DNA of 45,202 nucleotides from Chlorokybus atmophyticus (Eukaryota > Plantae > Mesostigma and Chlorokybus algae), in assembly GCA_009103225.1 (NCBI GenBank), contig RHPI01000398.1, positions 1 to 45,202 on the forward strand, written 5' to 3'. Numbering within the stretch: position 1 is the first letter of the stretch; every line of letters begins with the position of its first letter. The notes under the pieces are model-generated. The model saw nothing but the letters and a program-made list of their open reading frames with translations. It was not told where the DNA came from and ran no database searches. Position numbers and translations under genes: made by a program. Below, one piece after another: positions 12,301 through 22,971 of the stretch.

Positions 12301-15300
12301 GCTCCTCTGCTGACATTGCGACGCTGCGGATTGCGGAGTTGCCCCTTGCACGCCACATGGAACCACCAACGGCACAGCTGTTGGAGATTGTAAGTCTGCA
12401 TGGTGAAGCTAGTGCACACCTACAGCCGAGAACTTACAGCTTACACGTGCAGGAGGCGTTGGCGTCCATGGGAAAGAGTTTTTCTGTTACCCAGACAGGA
12501 AGCTGGCATCTGTACGCAACACAACCATCATTGAAGGCGCAAAGGTCTTCTCCGGAGATTGATGTGTTTGCAAGAGCTGCCATTGGTTATGCACCTTTGC
12601 ACGCTACCATTTCCACCATGGGCACATTGTCACTGCACTGGCCCAAAGCAGCAGATGGTTTGTTGACAGCTGCTATGACATCACTGCTCGATCACCTGGA
12701 AGCGTCATCGGCAGGTCTCAGCTCAGGAGATGCTCTGATAGTCGCACAGCACAGTGCCAACCATGTTCATGGGTACATGGCGCTTGCGGCCCCACTTGTG
12801 TTGCAACTCAACAACGCAGACGGTGTTCATTGTGGGGGTCACAAAGTGGAAGCAACAGCAGCTTCGTGCTTACGTGCCATAGCCTCCAGTGTGGTTGGTC
12901 GCTTGGGTGGGCGTATGCAGAGGTGTGGGGTGGTAGAGTTGGAGCTGCGAGTGAAGGTGCATGCGGCTGTTGTGGGCGAGGACCACAGCCTCAAGTCAAG
13001 TTGGCGAGTCGTCGCATCCAGCCCGACGGAATACAGCACCAACATTGAGGTCCGTATGCATCTGTGTATGTGCTTTTGTATGTGTGTGTGACTCCTAACA
13101 CATGCCGGGCCATTGGCAACATTACACAGGTATATCGAGAAGCGCAAAACGATGACGCCTCAACTCAAGGACCGGTGTATTGGTCATTGGCCAACGGTGG
13201 CAGACTGCATGGTCAGCCTCTCGCACATGTGCGCACTGCACTTGGCAAGCTGGAGGTGAAACGCCTTGCAGCACAGCGCCACGGCACAACATACTGCTAT
13301 GACCTTCCAGCTCTGTTCCGGCACGCCCTTCAGTTGCGGGTGAGTGTGTGTGTGTTTCTCAATTGATGATTACAGCCGCCCCGCCGCAAGCATTTATGCA
13401 GCTCGTGGTGTATGCAGAAGAAGGCACCGCACAACGAGGACAACGACAGCGTTCGTGCCCAATATGAAGAGGTCACCCTCCCGCTTTTCAATGACGATGA
13501 GTTGTATGAAGCCCCGCTTGCTTCGGTGCACGAGTTGGTCTCAGATGGCGATGGAAATGTAACGGAAGTCGACAGAGCATTGGGTCAGAATGACTGCGGC
13601 ATGGTGGCTTGGAGAATGGCAATGTCCACATTGGAGTTGCCCAACGACAGGAGAGAAATCATCCTTGTTGCTAACGACGTGACTCATGGTGCCGGCGCTT
13701 TCGGCCTCAAGGAAGATCAGGTGTTCCGGGCCGTGTGTCTCCATGCCTGTGCGCGTGGCCTTCCTCTCATCTACATAGCTGCAAACTCAGGTGATCTCCA
13801 TTGGGGTTCATTTATAAATAATCATAGCATTGTTGTGCTTAGCTGTTGCCTTTGGCAGGTGCTCGCATTGGTCTTGCGGATGAAGTGCGTTCCCGTTTCC
13901 AAGTGCGTTGGGTGGACGAGGACAACCCGTCCAAGGGCTTCCACTATGTCTATCTGACCCCGGAGGACTACAACGTTCTCAAAGGCCACGTGAGGGTGTC
14001 AGCGACGGCCCCAGCGGACACACACAACGGTGAAGTCCACTATGTACTCACGGATATCATCGGCCAGCAAGATGGCCTCGGAGTTGAGAACCTTAGCGGC
14101 AGTGGCAGCATCGCGGCCGCGTATGATAAGGCTTATTCGGAGACGTTTACGGTAAGCCAGTCAGTGGTCAGTCAGTTAGTCAGAGGTGCAAAACTTCTTG
14201 TTTCTGTGGTGTGAGCAGTTGACGTATGTCAGCGGTCGCACGGTTGGCATTGGCGCTTACCTTGCACGGTTGGGAAGGCGCTGCATCCAGCGGTTGGATC
14301 AGCCTATCATACTCACTGGATTCTCTGCACTCAACAAACTACTGGGTCGACAGGTGAGATTGCAGCAGGTATCGTGATTTACACCTTGCGCTGCGATTGC
14401 CAGAGCTTACGTGTAAGCGCATTACTGGCAGGTTTACACGTCGCACATGCAGCTAGGCGGGCCCAAGGTGATGGCAGGCAACGGCGTTGTGCACTTGACC
14501 GTGACGGACGACTTGCACGGTGTGCTTGCAAGTAAGCAAGTTCAGTCACCATTGCTTGGCTGGCACACCCGCACGCATGCATGCACGCACGCGCGCGCGC
14601 ACGGTACCCAACCTGCAACATGACTTGGCAGTTCTGGAATGGTTGGCCTTCATACCCAAAGTGACGGGGGGCCCTTTGCCCATCATCACCAACAACAACG
14701 TGCTCGCTGATCCCGAGGATCGCCAAGTGACCTGCGAACCCGAGCTTGATCCAAGAGTTGCCATCACCGGACATGAAAACGAAAACGGAGAGGTTGATTG
14801 GTTGGTTGGTTGGCATGCCTTCGTTGCAAAGAGAGGAGGTTGCTATGTATGCGTTAACTTGCTACGTTGCACATTGCAGTGGTTGGGCGGTCTGTTTGAT
14901 CGCGGCAGCTTCGTTGAAGTGCAGCCCGGCTGGGCGCGCACGGTGGTGGCGGGTCGCGCGCGCATGGGCGGCATCCCCATGGGCGTCATTGCCGTTGAAA
15001 CCCGCAGCATCACCACACGCATCCCCGCGGACCCCGGTATGCCAGACTCGCAGGAGCGTGTCGTGGTGCAGGCCGGGCAGGTGTGGTATCCGGATTCCGC
15101 CGAGAAGACGGCGCAAGCCCTAGAGGACATGGACAAGGAGGGGCTGCCATTGCTTGTGATTGCCAACTGGCGAGGCTTCTCCGGTGGACTCCGTGACCTC
15201 TTTGAAGGGGTCCTGCAGGTACCAGAGCGTACGTTCATGTGGGAGGACCATTCATGGTTGATCTGTGATTTGCACGTATACGAGTATGTGTTGTTACATC

Positions 15301-16252
15301 ACTTAGGCCGGTTCGCGTATCGTTGAGCGGTTGCGCGTGTACCGCTGGCCGGTGTTTGTGTACATCCCGCCTGGAGGTGAGCTGCGGGGCGGAGCGTGGG
15401 TGGTGATGGACACGCAGATCAACCCCGCTATGGTGGAGATGTATGCCGACCCTCAGTAAGGAAGCGTTAGCAAGCTTGTCGTTGTGTATGCGTAAGTGTG
15501 TTGTTGGTTTTCTCTGGCTCACACATGCTTGCTTGCGGATGCGTAGGGCACGTGGCGGCGTACTGGAGCCTCAAGGCGTTGTGGAGATCAAGTATAGGCG
15601 CAAAGAGTTGCTACAGACAGTGCACCGACTCGACCCGGTACTCTCATCTCTTTCTTCCAGTGACAAATACAGCGACAAGGCTGTAGAACGAGAACAGCTG
15701 CTGCTGCCTGCATACAGACAGGTCAGCAGCACACCCTTCGCACAGTCGAGTTGCTTCAAGTCTGCGTTGTGGGTTGGAGAAGTAGTGGTGAAATGGCACA
15801 CCTGTTGCTGTTGGCAGGTGGCGGTGCACTTTGCGGAGCTGCATGACACGCCGTACAGGATGGCGGCGAAGGGTGTGCTGAGGGGCGTCGTGCCGTGGCG
15901 TGAAGCCAGGCGGTTCTTCATCAAGCGGCTGCGCGTGCGGTTGGGCCTGCAGTCGCTCACTAGGACATTCGGCGGCGGCATATCTGAACCCACGTTACGG
16001 GAGTGGTTTGCTGCAGACACCGGTAGCGAACAAAGTTGGGACAGCGATGATGACGTGTCAGGGTGGCTGACAGCAAGTGCTGTGCGTAATGCAGAAAGAA
16101 TTGCGCAAGCGCAGATACAGTCCCACACCGACCAACTGGCAATGTTAGCAACACAGTGTGCGCAGCTTGCTGCCGGGGATGACGCCTCACGCAGCGTCCT
16201 CAAGCGGGCGTTGGCGAGTGCATTGGCGTATATTGACAATTCCCAAAGATGA
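6378..16252 (+). CDS. ACC1: Homomeric multidomain acetyl-CoA carboxylase (BC-BCCP-central-CT), probably cytosolic; many exons
   Basis: Spliced motifs in order: [88 protein letters not shown], biotinylation motif EVMKM (about 10074-10088), [42 protein letters not shown]. Stop TGA at 16250-16252. First intron is 6576-7247; most others are about 60-110 nt. The start codon is the least certain part. Confidence 0.97.
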
Positions 16253-16415
16253 TTACGTAAAGGGCAACTCAGGCCCGTTGCAACACCATATGGTATTGAA
16301 GACATCCGATAATGCCAGTGACACTGGTGTGGTTGCCTGTTGCTGCTTTGCTCTTTCATATTCGTATTCAAAACAGTGCAATTGCTAAGACCGTAATGCT
16401 GCTGCTGACATATTT

Positions 16416-16495
16416 CGTGAGAGTGGGCTTCGAAGTCATGCCCACATTGGACCACGGCTTAAGCGTTGCGCCTTGAACCACTCGGCCATTTTGGC
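16416..16495 (-). pseudogene. tRNA-Leu(UAA)-like relic (pseudo-tRNA or SINE head)
   Basis: Minus strand reads GCCAAAA-TGGCCGAGTGGTTCAAGGCG (A box)-CAACG-CTTAAGC-CGTGG, a long variable arm, then CTTCGAAGCCCAC (B-box-like). Acceptor and T stems do not pair properly. Confidence 0.7.
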
Positions 16496-16700
16496 TGATG
16501 CTTTGATGTCCACAAGATCAAACATTGTATGGCATTAAGCTCAATAACGGCGCCTTTCGTTCCCTTTTTATTCATGTTAGTAACGGCATCATTCAAGCCC
16601 TCGTCGCTCGCGGCGCTGGCATCGCACCATAGACCACACTCAGCATTGCCTGCTCATTACTAAACATGTCTGTCAGACACAAGTAGTGCGTCCAGGTGAA

Positions 16701-17105
16701 CAGTCCAACCTAAATAAGTGCATACCATCAGGAATGGGCATATGTATACACTTATCGCTTTTATGCAGCCTAGTTAAGTGCATATATTATGCCCGCTTTA
16801 GATGCATACGTTATGCACTTAGGCTTGGCATAGATGCACAATTCATGCACTTATTAACCCCAATCCTAAACCACGTTATCACATCTACGACCATAACCAC
16901 GATACATTTCAACCATAATCCATTTGTAACTTAAGCGTAATCTACTTTTATCAGTGCATATACATACCAAAGGGAAGGCATCTCGTTAAATTGCACTTAT
17001 TAATAAATGCATATGCTCGTAACGCACAGGGATTAGCCCTAAAGACGTCGATCATGGCCAAATGTACGCATTAAATGCGGATATGCATTTATTGAGGTTT
17101 GATTG
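16701..17105. mobile_element. MITE-like element with Tc1/mariner(pogo)-type TIRs
   Basis: Left end CAGTCCAACCTAAATAAGTGCATA matches the reverse complement of the right end, CAATCAAACCTCAATAAATGCATA, at 20/24. TA follows the right end and AA precedes the left. Interior is AT-rich and non-coding. Confidence 0.65.
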
Positions 17106-17964
17106 TACTGGGTGCTATGTGTACCAATGAAGCATTAAGGTGAATGCCACAAGCATGACACATGTACATGCATGGACACGACACTAACAGCGGCAGCACT
17201 CACCCGCTGGGCCTCAATTACAACCACTGGGCTCGGCACACAGTCTGCACCTACCTACTTCACTACTCCTCACCCTCACGCCGGTACTACGAGTTTGTGG
17301 TCTTCGTGTTTGTTGGCATTCTTGCAAATTTGTTTAATGGTTGATGTTGACAATGTCGTGGACCAGGCAACTTACATAGGTGATATGTTGCTGCAGCTGA
17401 TGTCGCATTCTGCATAGAGTATGTTTCAATTCAACAATCACGCACAAATCATGCAGCTCAAGCAAAGTGCAAGCTGCTATAGTAGGCAAATAGAGGCAGT
17501 CCCAGCACAAATATTCAACTCTCGAGACCCTATGTTACCACAACACGATGTGCTGCTATGTGCATGTGTGGTGTGTGGCGCGGCAACATGGACATTCTAT
17601 GACCAAAGATCACATATGTTGCATGTTGCAACATCTTGTTCATATGTGTTATAATGGTATGGATTTACATTAAATTCTCAACCACCATCGCCTTTTGCAA
17701 ATGTGACCTACAGGAAATCCCTCATTTTGTAGCAATATGCATGCTATTTGCAGAATACTATATATATTATACCTAGCAAGTGGCTGTCCTTGACTACAGG
17801 GGCCAACAGGCTTTTCACGTTGACCATGCTTATCATGTGAAACGACAATTCTCTATTATATGCGAGAATGTTTGTAACATAGTTTATAATCTTCAACTGT
17901 TCAAAGCACTTGCAACTTTGCACTTGCATGTCATAAATGCTCGCAGACTTGCGAGCGTTTATGG

Positions 17965-18138
17965 CAAATGTGGCGTATGCTTTCAAGCATACGCCACATT
18001 TGAGTAGCGGTTGTTTAAGCTGACCAACAAAATCTACCAATTTATATTGCGATAATGTGGCGTATGCTTTCAAGCATACGCCACATTTAAGTAGCGGTTG
18101 TTAAAGCTGACCAACAAAATTTACCGATTTATATTGCA
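17965..18138. repeat. Two tandem 87-bp units, each with a perfect hairpin
   Basis: CAAATGTGGCGTATGCT-TTCA-AGCATACGCCACATTTG (17-bp stem, 17965-18002), repeated 87 nt downstream with a slightly shorter stem. Confidence 0.9.
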
Positions 18139-19499
18139 GTAAAAGACACACACATACAATTCACAACCCTTGACAATCTGACAACCAAGTGCAACCCGAT
18201 GTACGGCTCATTAGCACAAGAGCTGATTGTTAAAGTGAACTACTTATGTATTGCTCATACACACTTTGCGCAATAGTGAAAGTAGGTAGGTAGTGACTTA
18301 GTGTATCATAGTGTAGCTCAGTGCTGTTGTTGTTTGCCAACCGGTATTCAAAACGCAGTGCGATTGTCAGTGGTGCATGTATCATGCATTCTGCCGCATT
18401 CTCTCATTGCATTCTTTGTACACTCAAAGAGTTGTACTTTCATTCAAGCATGCGGTCAAAATGATAATTTGGCTTTGAGTGACTATGTCTTAAGCTTGTC
18501 ACACGTGACATCCATGGCTATTTATTAATCAATGTCGAGCTTCAATAAGCACAGCAGTTGCACTCTTGTCCGCCCCCTCTAATTCTCATTAAATAGGTGG
18601 GGGGTGAAACTTTGCCACAAAAGGGGCAGAGCCTTGACCTTGCCTATGTCCAAAAGCCCCCTTTTCATCCCAAACGTCACCCTAGCTTTTAACAGCAAAA
18701 ACCGTTGTACAACATACACATGTGTATGGCGTAACCATTTTTGCATGAGCATATCATCTTTGTACTCACTCGGTGGGTATTGCAATGAACCTATTGCACA
18801 TGCAACAATGTTCAAAGACTTATACCAAACTTTGTATCAACTTGGTTAAAGAATACGTTTCAACATTAAACGTCAAGCAATTGTACATTTGTTAAGCTTT
18901 TGTAACGTTGCTCGTGCACTCCGAGACCTTTTTGCAAAGAGCCGCCATAATGTGCTGAAAAATATGGTTCACCTTGTGTAACCCCCGTCTTTTCATGCAA
19001 TCCAATCAACATCTATCAGAATGGAAACGTCTTAGCCAATGGACCATTGATGAACTTCTTGCAAAGTGTTGTCGTGGAGCTATTTTATACGATGATTTCG
19101 TAGCGCCACGACAGTACAATTCACCCTCAATGTAATCACTTTCGTACTTATGCCATGTTGGACATTTTACCAGTAATGATAGTATGTTAATAACCGTACA
19201 CATTGCAATTATAACCCCTTACAAAGATCATGCATATATCGCTGACCACCCAGTGCCAGGCCTTTTTTCTACAACTTAGCTAGCTACTGCAAGTGAGCAC
19301 TAGCATACATGTGCATACACTATCAGTTATACAACAGTGTAAGTGCAAGATAGCATTACTCAGTCTTAAAGCAAAACCGTCCTAGTAGGGGATGTCCCAA
19401 GTCTTTCTCTTCAGAGCAGGCTCCTCAAAGACACACCCGTGAAGGCTGTCCTCTGGTCTTCCTTCGCACACCGCTCCCAACATAACTCACAGCCTACCT

Positions 19500-19960
19500 A
19501 ACATAGAGCAGGGGGAAGGCCCTTTGAACAGCTACCGCCAAGCACCCCTCACACAGTAGTGAGCATACGGAGTCCCACACTTGTGGTTGTGTGGACACTG
19601 CCAGCAATGTCGTTATAAACTCCTATTTAATGCCTTCCCACTGGTCACATGTTGAGAGGTCAGAAGAGGTCAGAAGTGCACCCTCTCAGCCAGCTGGCTA
19701 AGTGCCATATATACCACACGTGCTGTATTATGCTCCACCACCTTGGGCTGTAGAGCTAACAGTCAAACACATCACTTGACTGCTCAGTGCCTGCTTGCCT
19801 TAGCCGAGCACCCTTACGAGGATGATACCAATGCGGAGTTGTCCTCATATGAGGCAACAAAGCATGTCACATCACATCATGTGACTGCGTACCGACTGGC
19901 CCTGTGCTGGCTCCTTTCAGCACTTGTACAATCCGGCCCTTGGGCTCAGAGGCTGGTTGC
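19500..19960 (+). pseudogene. Possible highly decayed non-LTR reverse transcriptase fragment
   Basis: HPYEDDTNAELSS (about 19810) resembles the YADD region, with weak upstream resemblance to KAFD and GxxQGxPLS motifs. Many stops. Confidence 0.22.
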
Positions 19961-20519
19961 AAACCAAAATCCACTGTGCACTATACACACACATGGAAGC
20001 AACAGTCGTAGGCAACCAGCTGTCAAGCTATGTTAAAGCAAGCAATGCATGAGAACGAGTAACGCCTTGCCTCTAGGGCGTGACAATCACATGTAAGAAC
20101 AATTGGCATTAATATGGAGTGCGACTACAACGATCGCAGCAAATATTGATGTCGTAATTAGAGTTTGAGTATAGTGTAGTATCTAGGTGTTGATACATGG
20201 ATGATGGAATGATACAAAAGTGGTGATGCAACGACAGCTTGTTGTTGCAAATAAATATCTTGTGTATAATTTATCTCCAATTTTTGCTTTATAGTCATAA
20301 GACATGTATATATCTAGACCTTGTTTTATTGTATTGAACGTGATCAACGTTTAATATTATGATAACATATTATAATATCATTACACTATGGTTGGCATTT
20401 GCCGTTGCGCTACAAAGATCGACCTTGCTGTGTGTGCAGTGGGGGATCTTCATCGTGCAGTGTTACATCTGTGGTCACCATTTTTAGGATAGTCTATATT
20501 GTAATGACTTGTGCTTACA

Positions 20520-21187
20520 AATCACATGAAAAAGTCAGCGCAAACCATGGTGGTTGACACCAGTGTGGTCGTGAATGGTCACACCACATGTGGCACATCG
20601 TCAGGACCACCCTATGGCCTACATAACAGCGATAACCACATGTGGCCAACCGTCATGACCATTCAGACTACACTGTATGTGGTCTGAATGCATACCATAC
20701 CTGGCCTGAATGTGGGTACCAAATATGGTGATGAACTCACCACCACATGCATGTGGTCGGCAATTACGTGCATACAAGGTCGTTCAATCATGTGATTAAT
20801 TAATAAGTCACCACCATGTGTGTTTGTGATGTTGTGACCATGCTGTCTTGGTGGTGCCTTCACACCATACTTGCAGGTTCATACCATGCGTGGTTGGCCA
20901 GTCATGTGCTCCATGCACGCGACCACCATTAATGGTTGTGATGTTGTAACCTGGTGGTGGTGGTGGTGGTGAATGTTACAACCACAGTGCCAATTCACAC
21001 CATGCATGGTCGTAATGTATGCTTGCGAAATGCCAAACTCAGTCTGCAGATGGGTTCGTGTTCGGTGCTGGCAAATTGCAGAACTGCAGGTAATGCTAAA
21101 CTGTGTTGTAAAAATAAAAGACATCGCAATGAACGCTGGGAGTTGATCATGAGATCTGATGATGTTAGTCAGGATTCTGACCAGTAG
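20520..21187. repeat. Array of short inverted repeats (ACCAC..GTGGT / ACCAT..ATGGT)
   Basis: Examples: accacatgtgg, accattaatggt, accatgcatggt. Shares motifs in direct orientation with 27530-28180 (accatgcatgg...tgcgaa.tgccaaa). Confidence 0.7.
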
Positions 21188-21854
21188 TGTAACAGTCAAG
21201 GCCAAATTTCGTGATTTTCATGGCCATTTTAGGCCTTATTTGTAAGGTACATGTTTTTAATGACATGTGCGGATATCGGCGAGTTATGAGTCTGCCGCGG
21301 ATATCGACCGGGGCCGCAAGACCAGTCTGGAAGCCGCCAGAAAACGGAGGGCCAGTCGAGAAGGGCTCGACCAGATTTCCGGGCCTGGCGCCAAGTAGTA
21401 TAACTTGACCATATGAGCAGCAAATGAGGAGATCTTTGGTGCGTTGGAAAGGTCTAGAAGTGTACTACAAGATTCTGCAGGAATATCTTAGCTTCCAGTT
21501 CCGTCTAGCGCTAGAGTCGTCTAGACAGTAGCATGTGCAGACTATTAGGTATAAAAGTGACATTCTACAATTTGCAATACAACCTTTAGCTCCCTAGTTT
21601 CTGGTGTGCAAGCTTGGTGGTGGTTAGCAGCGGTTGCTAGCGTGTGGCCACTTGCGTGTGCTTACTTGTGTGACGACCCAAGGCGCTACACAAGTCGGTG
21701 TGTAGCTTCGAGCGCATGCGCGTGCATACGCGAGTGGCGGGGCGCGTGTGTGTGCTTGGCAGAGGGGGCAAGGTTCCGGTGTGAATACTGTGCCTTGGTG
21801 AGAGGGTTGTGGATTGGACCAACTCACAGGTAGCAAGGCACGAGCACCGTCACA
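21188..21854 (+). repeat. 5' LTR (667 bp)
   Basis: Begins TGTAAC and ends TCACA; homologous to 26858-27529. Confidence 0.93.
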
Positions 21855-21856
21855 AC

Positions 21857-21868
21857 TGGTATCGGAGC
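21857..21868 (+). promoter_or_regulatory. Primer-binding site, tRNA-iMet type
   Basis: TGGTATCGGAGC 2 nt after the LTR; the canonical iMet PBS is TGGTATCAGAGC. Confidence 0.88.
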
Positions 21869-21948
21869 ACGGTTTACGAAGGTGAGAGAGGAAGTGTGTG
21901 GGCGTTTACACTTTTCATTCGGAAGCGGAGTGTAGTGTGTTAGTAGAG

Positions 21949-22971
21949 ATGGAGGATGCTCGCATGGAAGAGCTTCAAGCTGCCATATTAGCATTAAGAG
22001 AAGAGCTTCATCACACGCAAGCGGCGGCACAAGCACAACGCGAGGCGTATGAGCATGCGATGGCGCGTGTACAAATTCTCATGGCATCAAGCTCGCGCGT
22101 GCATGTGAAGGTGCCAAAGCCCAAGCCATTCAGGGTTCAACGTGATGGAGATGCAGTGGAAGAATGGATTTTTCAAGTATCGTCTTGGTTTAAGCTCACA
22201 GAGGTGCCCACGCATCTGCACGTGGAGGTTGCAGCGACATTGCTTGAAGGTGCAGCACTTGTGTGGTGGAGGCATCGATGTACGCGTGTTACAAGTGGGT
22301 TGGCGCTACCATTGACCACCATGGAAGAGTTGGCACTGGAGGTCAGACATCGATTTGTTCCCGTTGAGAGCGTGAAGGCCGCACGCGACAAAATTGCAGC
22401 CCTTATGCAAATGGGGTCGGTGATGGCGTACATGGCCGCGTTTCAGCGATTGGTGATGTCCATACCCAATATGACCGAGGAGGAGCAGTTGGACAGGTAT
22501 ACACGTGGTTTAAAACCTTTGGGGCGTAAAGAAGTGGAGCTACGGGACCCAAAGACACTCGCGGAGGCTATACGCATCGCGGAGCGTCTCGACGCGTTGT
22601 ACTTCAAGTCCACTTCAAGAAACACTGACTGGAGGCAAAGGCATGGTGATCAGCCCGGGGGAGGCTTTCAACACGCATGGAGACGAAGAGAACCAAGTTT
22701 AGCACTTGGAGGTGGAGCTGACTCTGGGCCTGCACCAATGGAGGTGGGTGCCATACACACACATGGAAGTGAGGCGAAGCACGGCGGACGTGGTGAAAGA
22801 GGTAAAGGTGTGCGCAAGTGTTATGCGTGTGGGTTGACGGAGCATTTGGCGTACGGATGCCCCAAACGAAGCACGCAAAGGCCAACACCGGATGGCAACC
22901 CTCGCCGTGATTGTCGTGTCAACACCATGGAGCAAACTGGCGTGGAGTTGGAAAACGACTTCCCCCAGTAG
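21949..22971 (+). CDS. gag: Retrotransposon Gag with CCHC zinc knuckle
   Basis: Open frame with coiled-coil N-terminus, KVPKPKPF..EEWIFQV, LLEGAALVWW, SVMAYMAAFQRL and CYACGLTEHLAYGC. Confidence 0.92.
   Translation: MEDARMEELQAAILALREELHHTQAAAQAQREAYEHAMARVQILMASSSRVHVKVPKPKPFRVQRDGDAVEEWIFQVSSWFKLTEVPTHLHVEVAATLLEGAALVWWRHRCTRVTSGLALPLTTMEELALEVRHRFVPVESVKAARDKIAALMQMGSVMAYMAAFQRLVMSIPNMTEEEQLDRYTRGLKPLGRKEVELRDPKTLAEAIRIAERLDALYFKSTSRNTDWRQRHGDQPGGGFQHAWRRREPSLALGGGADSGPAPMEVGAIHTHGSEAKHGGRGERGKGVRKCYACGLTEHLAYGCPKRSTQRPTPDGNPRRDCRVNTMEQTGVELENDFPQ

Noticed and set aside
7027-16455. Many short overlapping ORFs within ACC
   Set aside because: Alternative frames or antisense of ACC exons, or read-through into introns.
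17965-18138. CRISPR-like array
   Set aside because: Eukaryotic context, only two units, and the spacers are near-identical.
18600-18700. KGQSLDLAYV as a PIF1/Helitron helicase motif
   Set aside because: It needs a frameshift to restore HKSQGQ, there is no YVALSR downstream, and no other helicase motifs are present.
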